This document shows, piece after piece, positions 1 to 6,730 of a stretch of 41,918 nucleotides of DNA. Origin of the DNA: Pseudomonadota bacterium (GTDB lineage Bacteria > Pseudomonadota > Gammaproteobacteria > Xanthomonadales > Xanthomonadaceae); assembly GCA_023457475.1 (NCBI GenBank), contig JAEWLO010000068.1, positions 1 to 41,918 on the forward strand, in the 5' to 3' direction. The notes below the pieces were generated by a model. That model saw only the letters and a program-made list of their open reading frames with translations, searched no databases and was not told where the DNA came from. Positions within the stretch are counted from its first letter, which is position 1; each line of letters starts with the position of its first letter. Position numbers and translations under genes: made by a program.

Positions 1-1164
1 GATCTGCACAATGCCTGCGTAGTGCCCTTCGGTATCGATAAGGATCACCCGGGTGCCCGAGCCCAGCGGGAAGCGCTCCCGGAAGGTGGCAACGTCGAGA
101 TCCTGGGGGGCCGTGGAGACGCCACGGCGCATCATCAGGCCGGCCCGCAGGTTCTGGACCCAGCCCACGTCCTGGGCACTTTTGATGGTTTCGCCCCGCA
201 GGTGCAGCCGCCACGTGGAGAACGAATAGCCGAACTGCTGGCGCACCAGCGTGTTGGCCACCAGCACCGCGCCCATCACCAGGCTGGTGAGGACAAAGTC
301 GTGGGTGCCTTCGAGTACCAGCATCGCCATCGTCATCGGCGCGCCCAGAGGGGCAGGTTGCCACGGTTTACGGTGGTCTCGATGGCGGCGATCAGCCGCA
401 TGATTGCCACGCTCGCCCCGCCACACGCGACGCCCAGCAGCGAATACACGGCGTAGTCGGCCGCATTCACGGTGCTGACGGCCGCTGCCGGCAGCATGTA
501 TCCCTCCACGCCGGTTTGATCGGCAAGGAACGCCCCTGCCAGGGATGCGAGCACGATAGGGGCCAGTGCCGCAGGGGAGTAGGACCCCAGAACCACCTCA
601 AAGGCGTAGAACGCACCGGCCAGCGGCGCGCCGAAGGCCGCCGGCCGCGCCGGCACCCACCAGAATCCGCATGTCCATGCGGCGCAGGCGGAGCACGCGC
701 CCGAGTTGGGATCCGGTGCCTGCGCCCATCTGGGTGTACGTGGCCTCGAGGCCGACCGAAGCCCCCGAGCCGTTGGACAGCAGCGTCTGGCTGGCCACGA
801 TCAGGTTGTCGCGCATCGACATGCGGCCGCCGTGCAGCGCATTGGCCTCCACGGCATCGATGAGGGGACGCTTCAAGCGCGCGGCCCATACGCTGATCAG
901 CCCCACCAGCAGCCCGCCCACCGGTAGCGCCAGCAGGGCCACGGCCGCCACGTTCGCCTGCAGGCTCAGGCTTCCGTCGGCCTCCATGCCGTACAGCCAG
1001 CGCTGCAGTGAATGCGCCAGCAGCCCCTGAAGACCCGTCAGTGCCCCCGCCAGCAGCCCAACCAGCAGCGCCAGGGCAATGAACCAGGCCTCGCCGGACC
1101 GGAAGCGGCCGCGCAGTGCAGCCCATGCGTTGCCTAGAGGTTCTGAAGGAAGCGAGGGTGCCAT
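1..1164 (-). pseudogene. ClC-family chloride channel/H+ antiporter (C-terminal CBS region), disrupted; continues past the left window edge
   Basis: ClC motifs are split over three frames: 1164->~640 (GSGASVGLEATYTQMG...RILVGAGA), ~640->~340 (AAFGAPLAGAFYAFE...LPLWAR) and ~340->1 (APMTMAMLVLEGTHDF...FGYSFSTWRLHLRGETIKSAQDVGW...HYAGIVQI, open to the edge). The segment normally lying between LWAR and APMTM is missing. Confidence 0.88.
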
Positions 1165-1211
1165 GGGGGAATTCTACGCCGACCAAGCGGCCCACTGCCT
1201 GACACCCCATG

Positions 1212-1237
1212 AAAACGGGCCAGTTCCAGACTGGCCC
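1212..1237 (-). terminator. Intrinsic terminator downstream of the symE/RHH pair
   Basis: Perfect 8-bp stem GGGCCAGT(1217-1224)/ACTGGCCC(1230-1237), 5-nt loop, followed by GTTTT on the minus strand, ~45 bp after the stop at 1284. Confidence 0.65.
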
Positions 1238-1283
1238 AACAGCGCTACCCAAGCCTAAGCCAACAAGCCAAACTCCCTCGGCG

Positions 1284-1535
1284 CTACCGCCGTTCCCCGG
1301 AAGCCCAGGACGTCGACTTCTCCACCGGTGCCGGCTCGGGCACCACCGCATCTGCGGCGCGCGTCATGTTGCTCCACACGCTCAGATCCACGCCACGGTT
1401 CTTTTCCAGTTCCACGAACTTTTCCATCATGGCCCGCAGCACCTGCGCCGGCTGCAGGTGTGACCGCCACGCCGCTTCCTTGAATCGGCTGCGCAGCGCC
1501 TCATCCACCTTTACCCGCACCACCGGCTTTCTCAT
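1284..1535 (-). CDS. Small putative ribbon-helix-helix (RelB/CopG-like) DNA-binding protein, 83 aa
   Basis: MRKPVVRVKVDEALRSRFKEAAWRSHLQPAQVLRAMMEKFVE has the alternating beta-strand followed by two helices typical of RHH. Its ATG (1535) overlaps the symE TGA (ATGA, 1532-1535). Confidence 0.6.
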   Translation of the reverse strand: MRKPVVRVKVDEALRSRFKEAAWRSHLQPAQVLRAMMEKFVELEKNRGVDLSVWSNMTRAADAVVPEPAPVEKSTSWASGERR

Positions 1536-1879
1536 AGAACGCTCCAGGGGTGGCGACGGGGATGGCTGTGCGCCTCCACCTCTGCGTAACGCACTTCGCA
1601 ATGCAGGCGCGTGGGTACGCGTGGCAGTGGCTCAACCGCGTTGGCCACCGCTTCGATCACAAGCCGGGTTCCGATGGCTTCGATCCGTACGGTGGCACCC
1701 ACGCCGAACCCCATCTGCTCCAGCCAGCGGCCGCTGACCATCAGAAACGGCGTGGCACTGCCGGCGGAGTAGCCGCCAGCGAGGGGAGGGGGATTATCGG
1801 CGCCGCGACCGCCACCGCAGGAACGGGGGGCGTCGTTGGACGGGCAGGTGTATAGCGGGTCTTCCCAATGCATGTGCAT
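1532..1879 (-). CDS. symE: SymE-family (AbrB-fold) toxin, 115 aa
   Basis: PFLMVSGRWLEQMGFGVGATVRIEAIGTRLVI matches the SymE signature PxLxLxGxWLxxxGFxxGxxVxV. RBS GAGGAG at 1894-1889. Confidence 0.82.
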   Translation of the reverse strand: MHMHWEDPLYTCPSNDAPRSCGGGRGADNPPPLAGGYSAGSATPFLMVSGRWLEQMGFGVGATVRIEAIGTRLVIEAVANAVEPLPRVPTRLHCEVRYAEVEAHSHPRRHPWSVL

Positions 1880-1907
1880 CGTGATCTTCTCCTCGGGAGA
1901 AAAGGGG

Positions 1908-2070
1908 AAAAACCCCCTCGCGTTTTTACGGCGAGGGGCCGGGAGGTTAGAAGACCGTGAGCAATACCGGCGGGCTTATTTCCCCTTGTGAGGGGTCTTG
2001 TATTAGCCACCCTCCCGACTAGGGACATTGCACTACTAATTTATTGCTCAAGGGCCTTCTAAACCCGGGG
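1908..2070 (-). ncRNA. Structured leader with C4/CI-like antisense RNA domain (copy L): upstream target sites, antisense multi-stem and terminator-like hairpin
   Basis: Outer stem 2019-2011/1946-1938. Loop UAUUGCUCA (1966-1958) is complementary to UGAGCAAUA (2050-2042). Bulge CUUCUAA (1953-1947) is complementary to UUAGAAG (2062-2056). Hairpin 1938-1914 is followed by a U-tract (1912-1908). Homologous to 41334-41479. Confidence 0.75.
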
Positions 2071-2113
2071 CGAACCATGCACGGGATCAGCGACGATGGG
2101 AAGCGCCTTGTTT

Positions 2114-2131
2114 TGTAGGGTTTTTCTTACA
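2114..2131. promoter_or_regulatory. 18-bp palindromic candidate operator upstream of leader L
   Basis: TGTAGG-GTTTTT-CTTACA; arms complementary at 5 of 6 positions, in an AT-rich stretch. Confidence 0.4.
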
Positions 2132-2366
2132 CATCACGAATGGTGCAGTCTTTGACGCTATTGGCTGGTTATTCGTGTGACTGCGTTCGCAGTTCAGAGC
2201 AGTCCGCGACGTACTTGGCCTGGTCACGAACGTGGTTCTTTTTTCAATTCGCTGAAGTCCAAGCTCCAGAAGCGATCCGATCGCGACATCAGCGCGCAGC
2301 ACCGGATCCAGCAACGCGCCTCCGGCGTCTCATCCTGTGAGTTGCGGCGCTGGTAAGGTGCGCACC

Positions 2367-2549
2367 ATGGACATCAACGATCTTCCCGACGAAACCCGCC
2401 CCGACCCCACGGCGTACAGGCCGAACCTCGCCCACTTCGACCTTCGTGACCGACGCACCCCCGAAGAGCAGGCGGCGGCCTCGCGCCGCGAATCCGACCG
2501 GCGCAAAGGACGGGGGCGCAGCCGGTGGTGGGAGAAGCCGGAGGGCTGA
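2367..2549 (+). CDS. Small hypothetical protein, 60 aa
   Basis: MDINDLPDETRPDP...RSRWWEKPEG; AAGGTG upstream of ATG 2367; GC-rich third codon positions. Confidence 0.55.
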   Translation: MDINDLPDETRPDPTAYRPNLAHFDLRDRRTPEEQAAASRRESDRRKGRGRSRWWEKPEG

Positions 2550-2654
2550 GTGGCTGGCACCAGATCCCCACGCTAGACTGGCATCGCATCGGAACGGCCC
2601 CCATCGTCGTATGCCCCGTTCCGCCAGGACCCTGCCATGCCTCGAACGGATGCC

Positions 2655-3104
2655 ATGAAGCGAAACACCCTCATCTTCTTAGCGTACGGCCCGGTGATCG
2701 GCGGTCTGTGCATGTTTGCGCATCTTCTGGTCGGCATGGATCCTCTGCCACCGCTGTCCGAGTTCTTGAGCATCGGCATGATCTGGATGGTCATCTTCTT
2801 CATCGTCGGCGGCTATGTGGTGGGCGCTATCCCGGCGATCGCGACCGGGCTGCTCTTCGCCTTCGTAGCCTCACGGTGCAGCCTGAACTTCGTGAGCAGT
2901 GTTCTGCTGGGTGCCAGTGCAGGCTTCGTCACCAGCGCGATGGCGGTCGTCGTGATCGCATTGATCAACGACGGCGCGCCCAGGTGGAACTGGGTCATCC
3001 CTGGTGCCGGCGTGCTGGCGGGTGCGCTCTGCGGCGGCTATTGCTGGAGTGCCACACGGGCGTTAGCGCGGCGAACAACTCGGAGTTCGCCGCCAGATCG
3101 CTGA
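2655..3104 (+). CDS. Hypothetical multi-pass (about 4 TM) membrane protein
   Basis: Hydrophobic segments throughout; the C-terminus (RRTTRSS) reads into a decayed attC-like sequence. Confidence 0.7.
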   Translation: MKRNTLIFLAYGPVIGGLCMFAHLLVGMDPLPPLSEFLSIGMIWMVIFFIVGGYVVGAIPAIATGLLFAFVASRCSLNFVSSVLLGASAGFVTSAMAVVVIALINDGAPRWNWVIPGAGVLAGALCGGYCWSATRALARRTTRSSPPDR

Positions 3105-3133
3105 GCGTATGCAGCTCACTCCAAGCGTTTACA
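3070..3133 (+). mobile_element. Decayed attC-like site
   Basis: Starts GGCGAAC-AACTCG (cf. RYYTAAC-AATTCG) and ends GCAGCTCACTCCAAGC-GTTT (cf. GCGGCTCAATTCTGGC-GTT in the attC at 4233-4292). 64 bp long, at a gene end; the centre pairs poorly. Confidence 0.4.
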
Positions 3134-3188
3134 GCTTCATTTTCGGCTCGAAGCGCGCCAGGATGTCATGAACTATCAGGAGTAGAAC

Positions 3189-3605
3189 ATGGTCGATTTC
3201 ACCACGCTACAGTTTCGCGAGTCGTCGCCAACGGCTGAGGACTATTGCAAGCTGCGTTCAGCAGCGGGGCTCAGTGCAAAGACCATCGAAGCGGCCTCCC
3301 GTGCATTGCCGAATACGTTGTATGGCGTCAGCGTCTATCAAGGATCCGAGCTCGTGGCGATGGGGCGGGTAGTCGGAGATGGAGGCTGTCACCTGCAGGT
3401 GTGTGATATCGCCGTGGTGCCACAGTTTCAGGGTCAAGGCCTGGGCAAGGCTGTTATGAGTCGATTGGAGAGTTGGTTGGTAGCCAATATGCCGCCTTCG
3501 GCCTATGTCAGCTTGCTGGCTGACGGCGAGGCTCATCGTCTCTACGAGCAGTTTGGATTCTCGCCGACGGCTCCTGCCTCAGTGGGTATGTACAGGCGCT
3601 TCTAG
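3189..3605 (+). CDS. GNAT-family N-acetyltransferase
   Basis: Motif A DIAVVPQFQGQGLGKAVM, plus MGRVVGDGG and LYEQFGF; RBS AGGAG. Confidence 0.92.
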   Translation: MVDFTTLQFRESSPTAEDYCKLRSAAGLSAKTIEAASRALPNTLYGVSVYQGSELVAMGRVVGDGGCHLQVCDIAVVPQFQGQGLGKAVMSRLESWLVANMPPSAYVSLLADGEAHRLYEQFGFSPTAPASVGMYRRF

Positions 3606-3646
3606 CGCCATTCTCAGGGATTCTGGGCATTTGCGCTACGCCCAGG

Positions 3647-3733
3647 TATCTGCTTTTGGCTGAAAGCGGACATTGGGCCCAGACCGACCGCAGCGAAGGA
3701 TGGCAATGTCGGCTACCCACCCATAGCGGCTAC
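3647..3733 (+). repeat. Two tandem copies (A, B) of a TGTCCGCT-N(8-10)-AGCGGAC-type palindromic repeat
   Basis: A 3647-3672 TATCTGCTTTTGGCTGAAAGCGGACA; B 3705-3733 AATGTCGGCTACCCACCCATAGCGGCTAC. Confidence 0.55.
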
Positions 3734-3757
3734 TGGTGCAGCAGCCGAGCCTACCGC

Positions 3758-3794
3758 TGGGTCCGGTTATACGCTGGGTTGTTAGCCGGACCCA
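3758..3794 (+). mobile_element. Candidate attI-like or first crossover site of the cassette run
   Basis: Core GTTAGCC (GTTRRRY) at 3781-3787, preceded by GTTATAC, inside the inverted repeat TGGGTCCGG(3758-3766)/CCGGACCCA(3786-3794). Confidence 0.35.
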
Positions 3795-3879
3795 ACCACC
3801 CTAAGATCGAGCTGAACCAAAGGAAAAGCCCACCACAAGGTGCTTTGTGGATAAGTCGTATACCTCGATCCACGGGTCC

Positions 3880-3898
3880 GTCTACCACGTAGTTAGAC
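3880..3898 (+). mobile_element. 19-bp simple recombination site (truncated attC) closing a gene-less ~111-bp cassette
   Basis: GTCTACC-ACGTA-GTTAGAC: inverse core (1 mismatch), 5-bp spacer, core. The preceding GGGTCCG is complementary to the cassette start GTTAGCCGGACCC. Confidence 0.55.
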
Positions 3899-3914
3899 CG
3901 CTAAGGATTGCTCA

Positions 3915-4217
3915 GTGAACTCTTTGGTCTTTGCTTTTCAGATTGAGTTTTTCGTGGCAGCGCTATGTGCATCTGTAATTCTTTACATGCAGGTTCGTGG
4001 CTATCGCAAGCATAGGAAGCAGTTCTTCGTTACTTTGGCAATCTCAACTGTGTTTGCGGTAGCCGCTATGCTTATGAGGGCGCTCCCATACTTCGTTCAA
4101 TTGCCTGAAAGCCAATCGGTCATGGTGTACTGGCTTTCTGTCCCACTAGCTATTCTTGCCACTGCACTTGCCACATGGGGCAGCGTCCAATTCTTTCAGG
4201 CATTCGATGATAAATAG
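3915..4217 (+). CDS. Cassette-borne hypothetical 3-TM membrane protein, 100 aa
   Basis: Visibly AT-richer than the flanks; bounded by GTTAGACCGC (3892-3901) and its exact complement GCGGTCTAAC (4230-4239); RBS AAGGA. Confidence 0.82.
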   Translation: MNSLVFAFQIEFFVAALCASVILYMQVRGYRKHRKQFFVTLAISTVFAVAAMLMRALPYFVQLPESQSVMVYWLSVPLAILATALATWGSVQFFQAFDDK

Positions 4218-4232
4218 CACGCCGACATCGCG

Positions 4233-4292
4233 GTCTAACAGATCGTTCAAACCGACGCCGCTTCGCGCCGCGGCTCAATTCTGGCGTTGGGC
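4233..4292 (+). mobile_element. Integron attC site, 60 bp, Xanthomonas-type
   Basis: R'' GTCTAAC, 5-nt spacer, L'' GTTCAAAC, central CCGACGCCGC-TTC-GCGCCGCGG hairpin, L' GCTCAAT, 6-nt spacer, R' GTTGGGC. Confidence 0.85.
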
Positions 4293-4309
4293 CTCAATGG
4301 AGGATTCCC

Positions 4310-4406
4310 ATGTCTAGCTGGTTCAAATCGAGAACTGCACCTCCACCCTCGGTGAACGTTAGTCCGAATGGCCTACCGCCTGGCCAAACTAGAGGGCTCA
4401 AATTGA
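4310..4406 (+). pseudogene. Remnant of a cassette gene, probably internally deleted
   Basis: Strong RBS GGAGG plus ATG 4310 (MSSWFKSRTAPPP...). A TGA sits right before the next R'' (4404-4406) but in another frame. Cassette ends match: GTTGGGCCTCAAT vs ATTGAGGGCTAAC. Confidence 0.45.
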
Positions 4407-4407
4407 G

Positions 4408-4476
4408 GGCTAACACGTGGTTCCAGTGGGACTTCCCCGCCTTTGGCTGGGACACCCCTGAACCCGGGTATTGAAC
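4408..4476 (+). mobile_element. Integron attC site, 69 bp, with mutated R' core
   Basis: R'' GGCTAAC, 5-nt spacer, L'' GTTC(C)AG pairing with L' CTGAAC (4458-4463) with the characteristic extra base, 6-nt spacer, R' ATTGAAC instead of GTTRRRY. Confidence 0.7.
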
Positions 4477-4500
4477 GTCCGCTCCTGGCCGACAGCGGCC
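4474..4500 (+). repeat. TGTCCGCT-type palindromic repeat, copy C
   Basis: AACGTCCGCTCCTGGCCGACAGCGGCC; overlaps the R' box of the preceding attC. Confidence 0.55.
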
Positions 4501-4609
4501 CCCTCGCCGTGGCGGGGTCGGCGCGCCCGTGGTGCCGTCCGTTTCCGAACAAGAGCAAACTCTTTTCGGGTTTGGGTTTTCCTGGCTTGCAGTCCATCGT
4601 GGAGGCATC

Positions 4610-4894
4610 ATGGGTCGTGAAGTTGTGAGAGTTCCCCGTGGGTTCGAGCATCCGGTGGACGGGGATGGCGAGTACATCGCGGGTGGTCACTTCGAGTTGC
4701 TCTATGACGCAGATCCCGCATCGCATACGGCCTTTCAGCTCTATGAGAACGTCTCTGAAGGTACTCCGGTAAGCCCGGTGTTTGATACCGCTGAAGAACT
4801 TGCCCAATGGCTGGGACAGGAAGGCTGGCACCAGGAAGCCATTGATTCATTACTCGACGCGGGGCACGCGCCGTCTTTCATCGTCCAGTCCTGA
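4610..4894 (+). CDS. Hypothetical protein, 94 aa (possibly phage-related family)
   Basis: RBS GGAGG before ATG 4610; MGREVVRVPRGFEHP...FQLYENVSEGTPVSPVFDTAEELAQWL. Confidence 0.75.
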   Translation: MGREVVRVPRGFEHPVDGDGEYIAGGHFELLYDADPASHTAFQLYENVSEGTPVSPVFDTAEELAQWLGQEGWHQEAIDSLLDAGHAPSFIVQS

Positions 4895-4920
4895 TGTCCT
4901 GCTTTGGCTATTAAACAGAC
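4894..4920 (+). repeat. TGTCCGCT-type palindromic repeat, copy D (degenerate)
   Basis: ATGTCCTGCTTTGGCTATTAAACAGAC, starting at the stop codon of 4610-4894. Confidence 0.4.
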
Positions 4921-5045
4921 CCGCTCGGCTTCTCCTGCGCTTAGGGGGATGCTAAGGCCCGCCTCAGCCAGCAGAACGCACGTAAAGTGCAAGATCAGGA
5001 CGGGTGAAAGGGAGCTTGATCTCTCATCCCCTAGGGGTCTCACCA

Positions 5046-5696
5046 ATGCACGGAACAGCGGTTGAGTGGGTGGTTGTGATCGCCGGGCTGCTCGGCCTGG
5101 TCGGACTTGCGAACTCGGGCATTCAACCCAGCGGGGTATTGCTGTTCGCAGCCGCCGTCATCGCGGTGGCACTGGCCTTCTGGGCCGTACGGACGCAGCC
5201 CAGACCCGAAGAAGTTTACTCACCCATTGAAGGCGGTCGCAAGCGGGTGCGTTCGTCGTACGCCCCAATTTGGTTTGTACTCCCGGCGGCATTGGTGGCC
5301 GGATGGCTGTTCACCGTCTACGTGGCGGGCACGATTCTCGCCTCGGTCATGGCGGTGGAGCACACCCGAAGCGGCATCGTGATGTACAGCACGAAACTTG
5401 AGCCATCAGCGCGTTCGAGCCGACGTCCATGCACGGCGTTGTCTGTTGTATTGGCGACGGAGCGCGGACCGGTACCCATCAGACATTGCGACGCGGCTCT
5501 GGGGGACAGCATCCTACCTGTTGGCATGCGCTTAAAGTACCGCACACGCGAGTCGGTGCTTGGTCTGTTCGCTGCTCGCGAGCCCACGTTGCCCCGGGTA
5601 GAGTTGGCTCTGGAGATGGCCAAACGTGTAGAGCAGCAAGCGGCCCAGGCCGCAGCCGGCCACCACGCCTCTCGCCCAACCGTCAGCCCCAAGTAA
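5046..5696 (+). CDS. Hypothetical membrane protein (3 TM plus soluble C-terminal domain)
   Basis: Long ORF with three hydrophobic segments; start chosen at ATG 5046 after AGGGG. Confidence 0.65.
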   Translation: MHGTAVEWVVVIAGLLGLVGLANSGIQPSGVLLFAAAVIAVALAFWAVRTQPRPEEVYSPIEGGRKRVRSSYAPIWFVLPAALVAGWLFTVYVAGTILASVMAVEHTRSGIVMYSTKLEPSARSSRRPCTALSVVLATERGPVPIRHCDAALGDSILPVGMRLKYRTRESVLGLFAAREPTLPRVELALEMAKRVEQQAAQAAAGHHASRPTVSPK

Positions 5697-5788
5697 AACT
5701 ACTGTGCTACAGGCAGTGATTCTGCGCAGGTGACCGCCACAGCGCCGTATTAGCATTGCACCACCGAGTTCGCCGCCGGCCCACGCCA

Positions 5789-6724
5789 ATGCACGAGGCA
5801 CTACTCAAGAGCTGGAATGCGGGGGCTGTGCGAGAGGCCATCATCGCATTCGTTACGAGAGTCACCCAGGAAGGCGGCCCGGACTACGTTGAGCCGGTTG
5901 CCCGCATCGCCGTATTCGACAACGACGGCTGCCTGTGGTGCGAGAAGCCGGTGCCGATCCAGGCCGACTTCCTGATGCGGCGCATTGCCGAGCAGGCCCA
6001 GGCGGACCCCGCGCTACGCGAGAGACAGCCGTGGAAAGCGGTGCATGAGGGCGACCAGGCCTGGCTGTCCGATGTCATCACCAAGCACTACGAAGGCGAC
6101 GACACCACGCTCAAGGAAATGGCGGCCGGCTTGCTTTCCGCGTACGCCGAGGATGAGGTGGAGGCATTTGCCGGCAAGGCGGAGGCGTTTCTGCGCAGCG
6201 CTGTGAATCCCGCTTTGAAACGCCCCTACCTGAAGACTGCCTACGCGCCCATGCGCGAGTTGCTGCAGTACCTGGAAGCTCATCAGTTCACCAGCTACAT
6301 CGTGTCGGGGGGCGGAAGGGACTTCATGCGGCCGATCACCGCCGAGCTGTACGGCATCCCGCCCGAGCGCGTGGTGGGCACCGCGGTCACGCTGGAGTAC
6401 CGGGAAGAGGAAGGGATCGGCAAGCTGGTCCACACCTCGAAGCTGGAGGTGTTCGACGACGGTCCCAACAAGGTCGTACGCATCTGGAGCCGGATCGGGG
6501 CGCGACCGATCTTTGCCGCCGGCAACTCCAACGGTGATATCCAGATGTTGAAGTTTGCGACCCAGGGCGAGGGGGCCTCGCTGGCGCTGCTGGTCACCCA
6601 CGACGATGACGAGCGGGACCTTGCCTACACCTCCGGTGCCCAGAAAGCCGTGGCCATGGCCGCCCAGTGCGGCTGGCCGCTGGTCAGCGTGCGCAAGGAC
6701 TGGGCGCAGGTGTTTGTGGACTGA
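5789..6724 (+). CDS. HAD-superfamily hydrolase (phosphoserine/acid phosphatase-like)
   Basis: Motif I AVFDNDGCLW, motif II IVSGGG, motif IV AAGNSNGDIQML. Confidence 0.92.
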   Translation: MHEALLKSWNAGAVREAIIAFVTRVTQEGGPDYVEPVARIAVFDNDGCLWCEKPVPIQADFLMRRIAEQAQADPALRERQPWKAVHEGDQAWLSDVITKHYEGDDTTLKEMAAGLLSAYAEDEVEAFAGKAEAFLRSAVNPALKRPYLKTAYAPMRELLQYLEAHQFTSYIVSGGGRDFMRPITAELYGIPPERVVGTAVTLEYREEEGIGKLVHTSKLEVFDDGPNKVVRIWSRIGARPIFAAGNSNGDIQMLKFATQGEGASLALLVTHDDDERDLAYTSGAQKAVAMAAQCGWPLVSVRKDWAQVFVD

Positions 6725-6730
6725 AGGCCC

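Noticed and set aside
1249..1272. Three AAGCC pentamers
   Set aside because: Too short and irregularly spaced to call iterons or CRISPR.
2032..2039. ACTACTAA resembling half of a Xanthomonas-type LexA operator in leader L (E. coli symE is SOS-regulated)
   Set aside because: Only one half-site; the partner half is absent and copy R lacks it.
2140..2340. 66-aa ORF in an AT-richer stretch
   Set aside because: No RBS or motif; more likely upstream regulatory DNA or an unidentifiable remnant.
3846..3854. Perfect DnaA box (TGTGGATAA)
   Set aside because: Single copy with no cluster, unwinding element or rep gene; compatible with chance.
4310..4474. 54-aa ORF read from ATG 4310 as a functional protein
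   Set aside because: Its last ~20 codons run through the attC; better explained as a deleted cassette gene.
3647..4920. CRISPR interpretation of the palindromic repeats
   Set aside because: Copies are divergent and irregularly spaced with whole genes between them; no cas genes.
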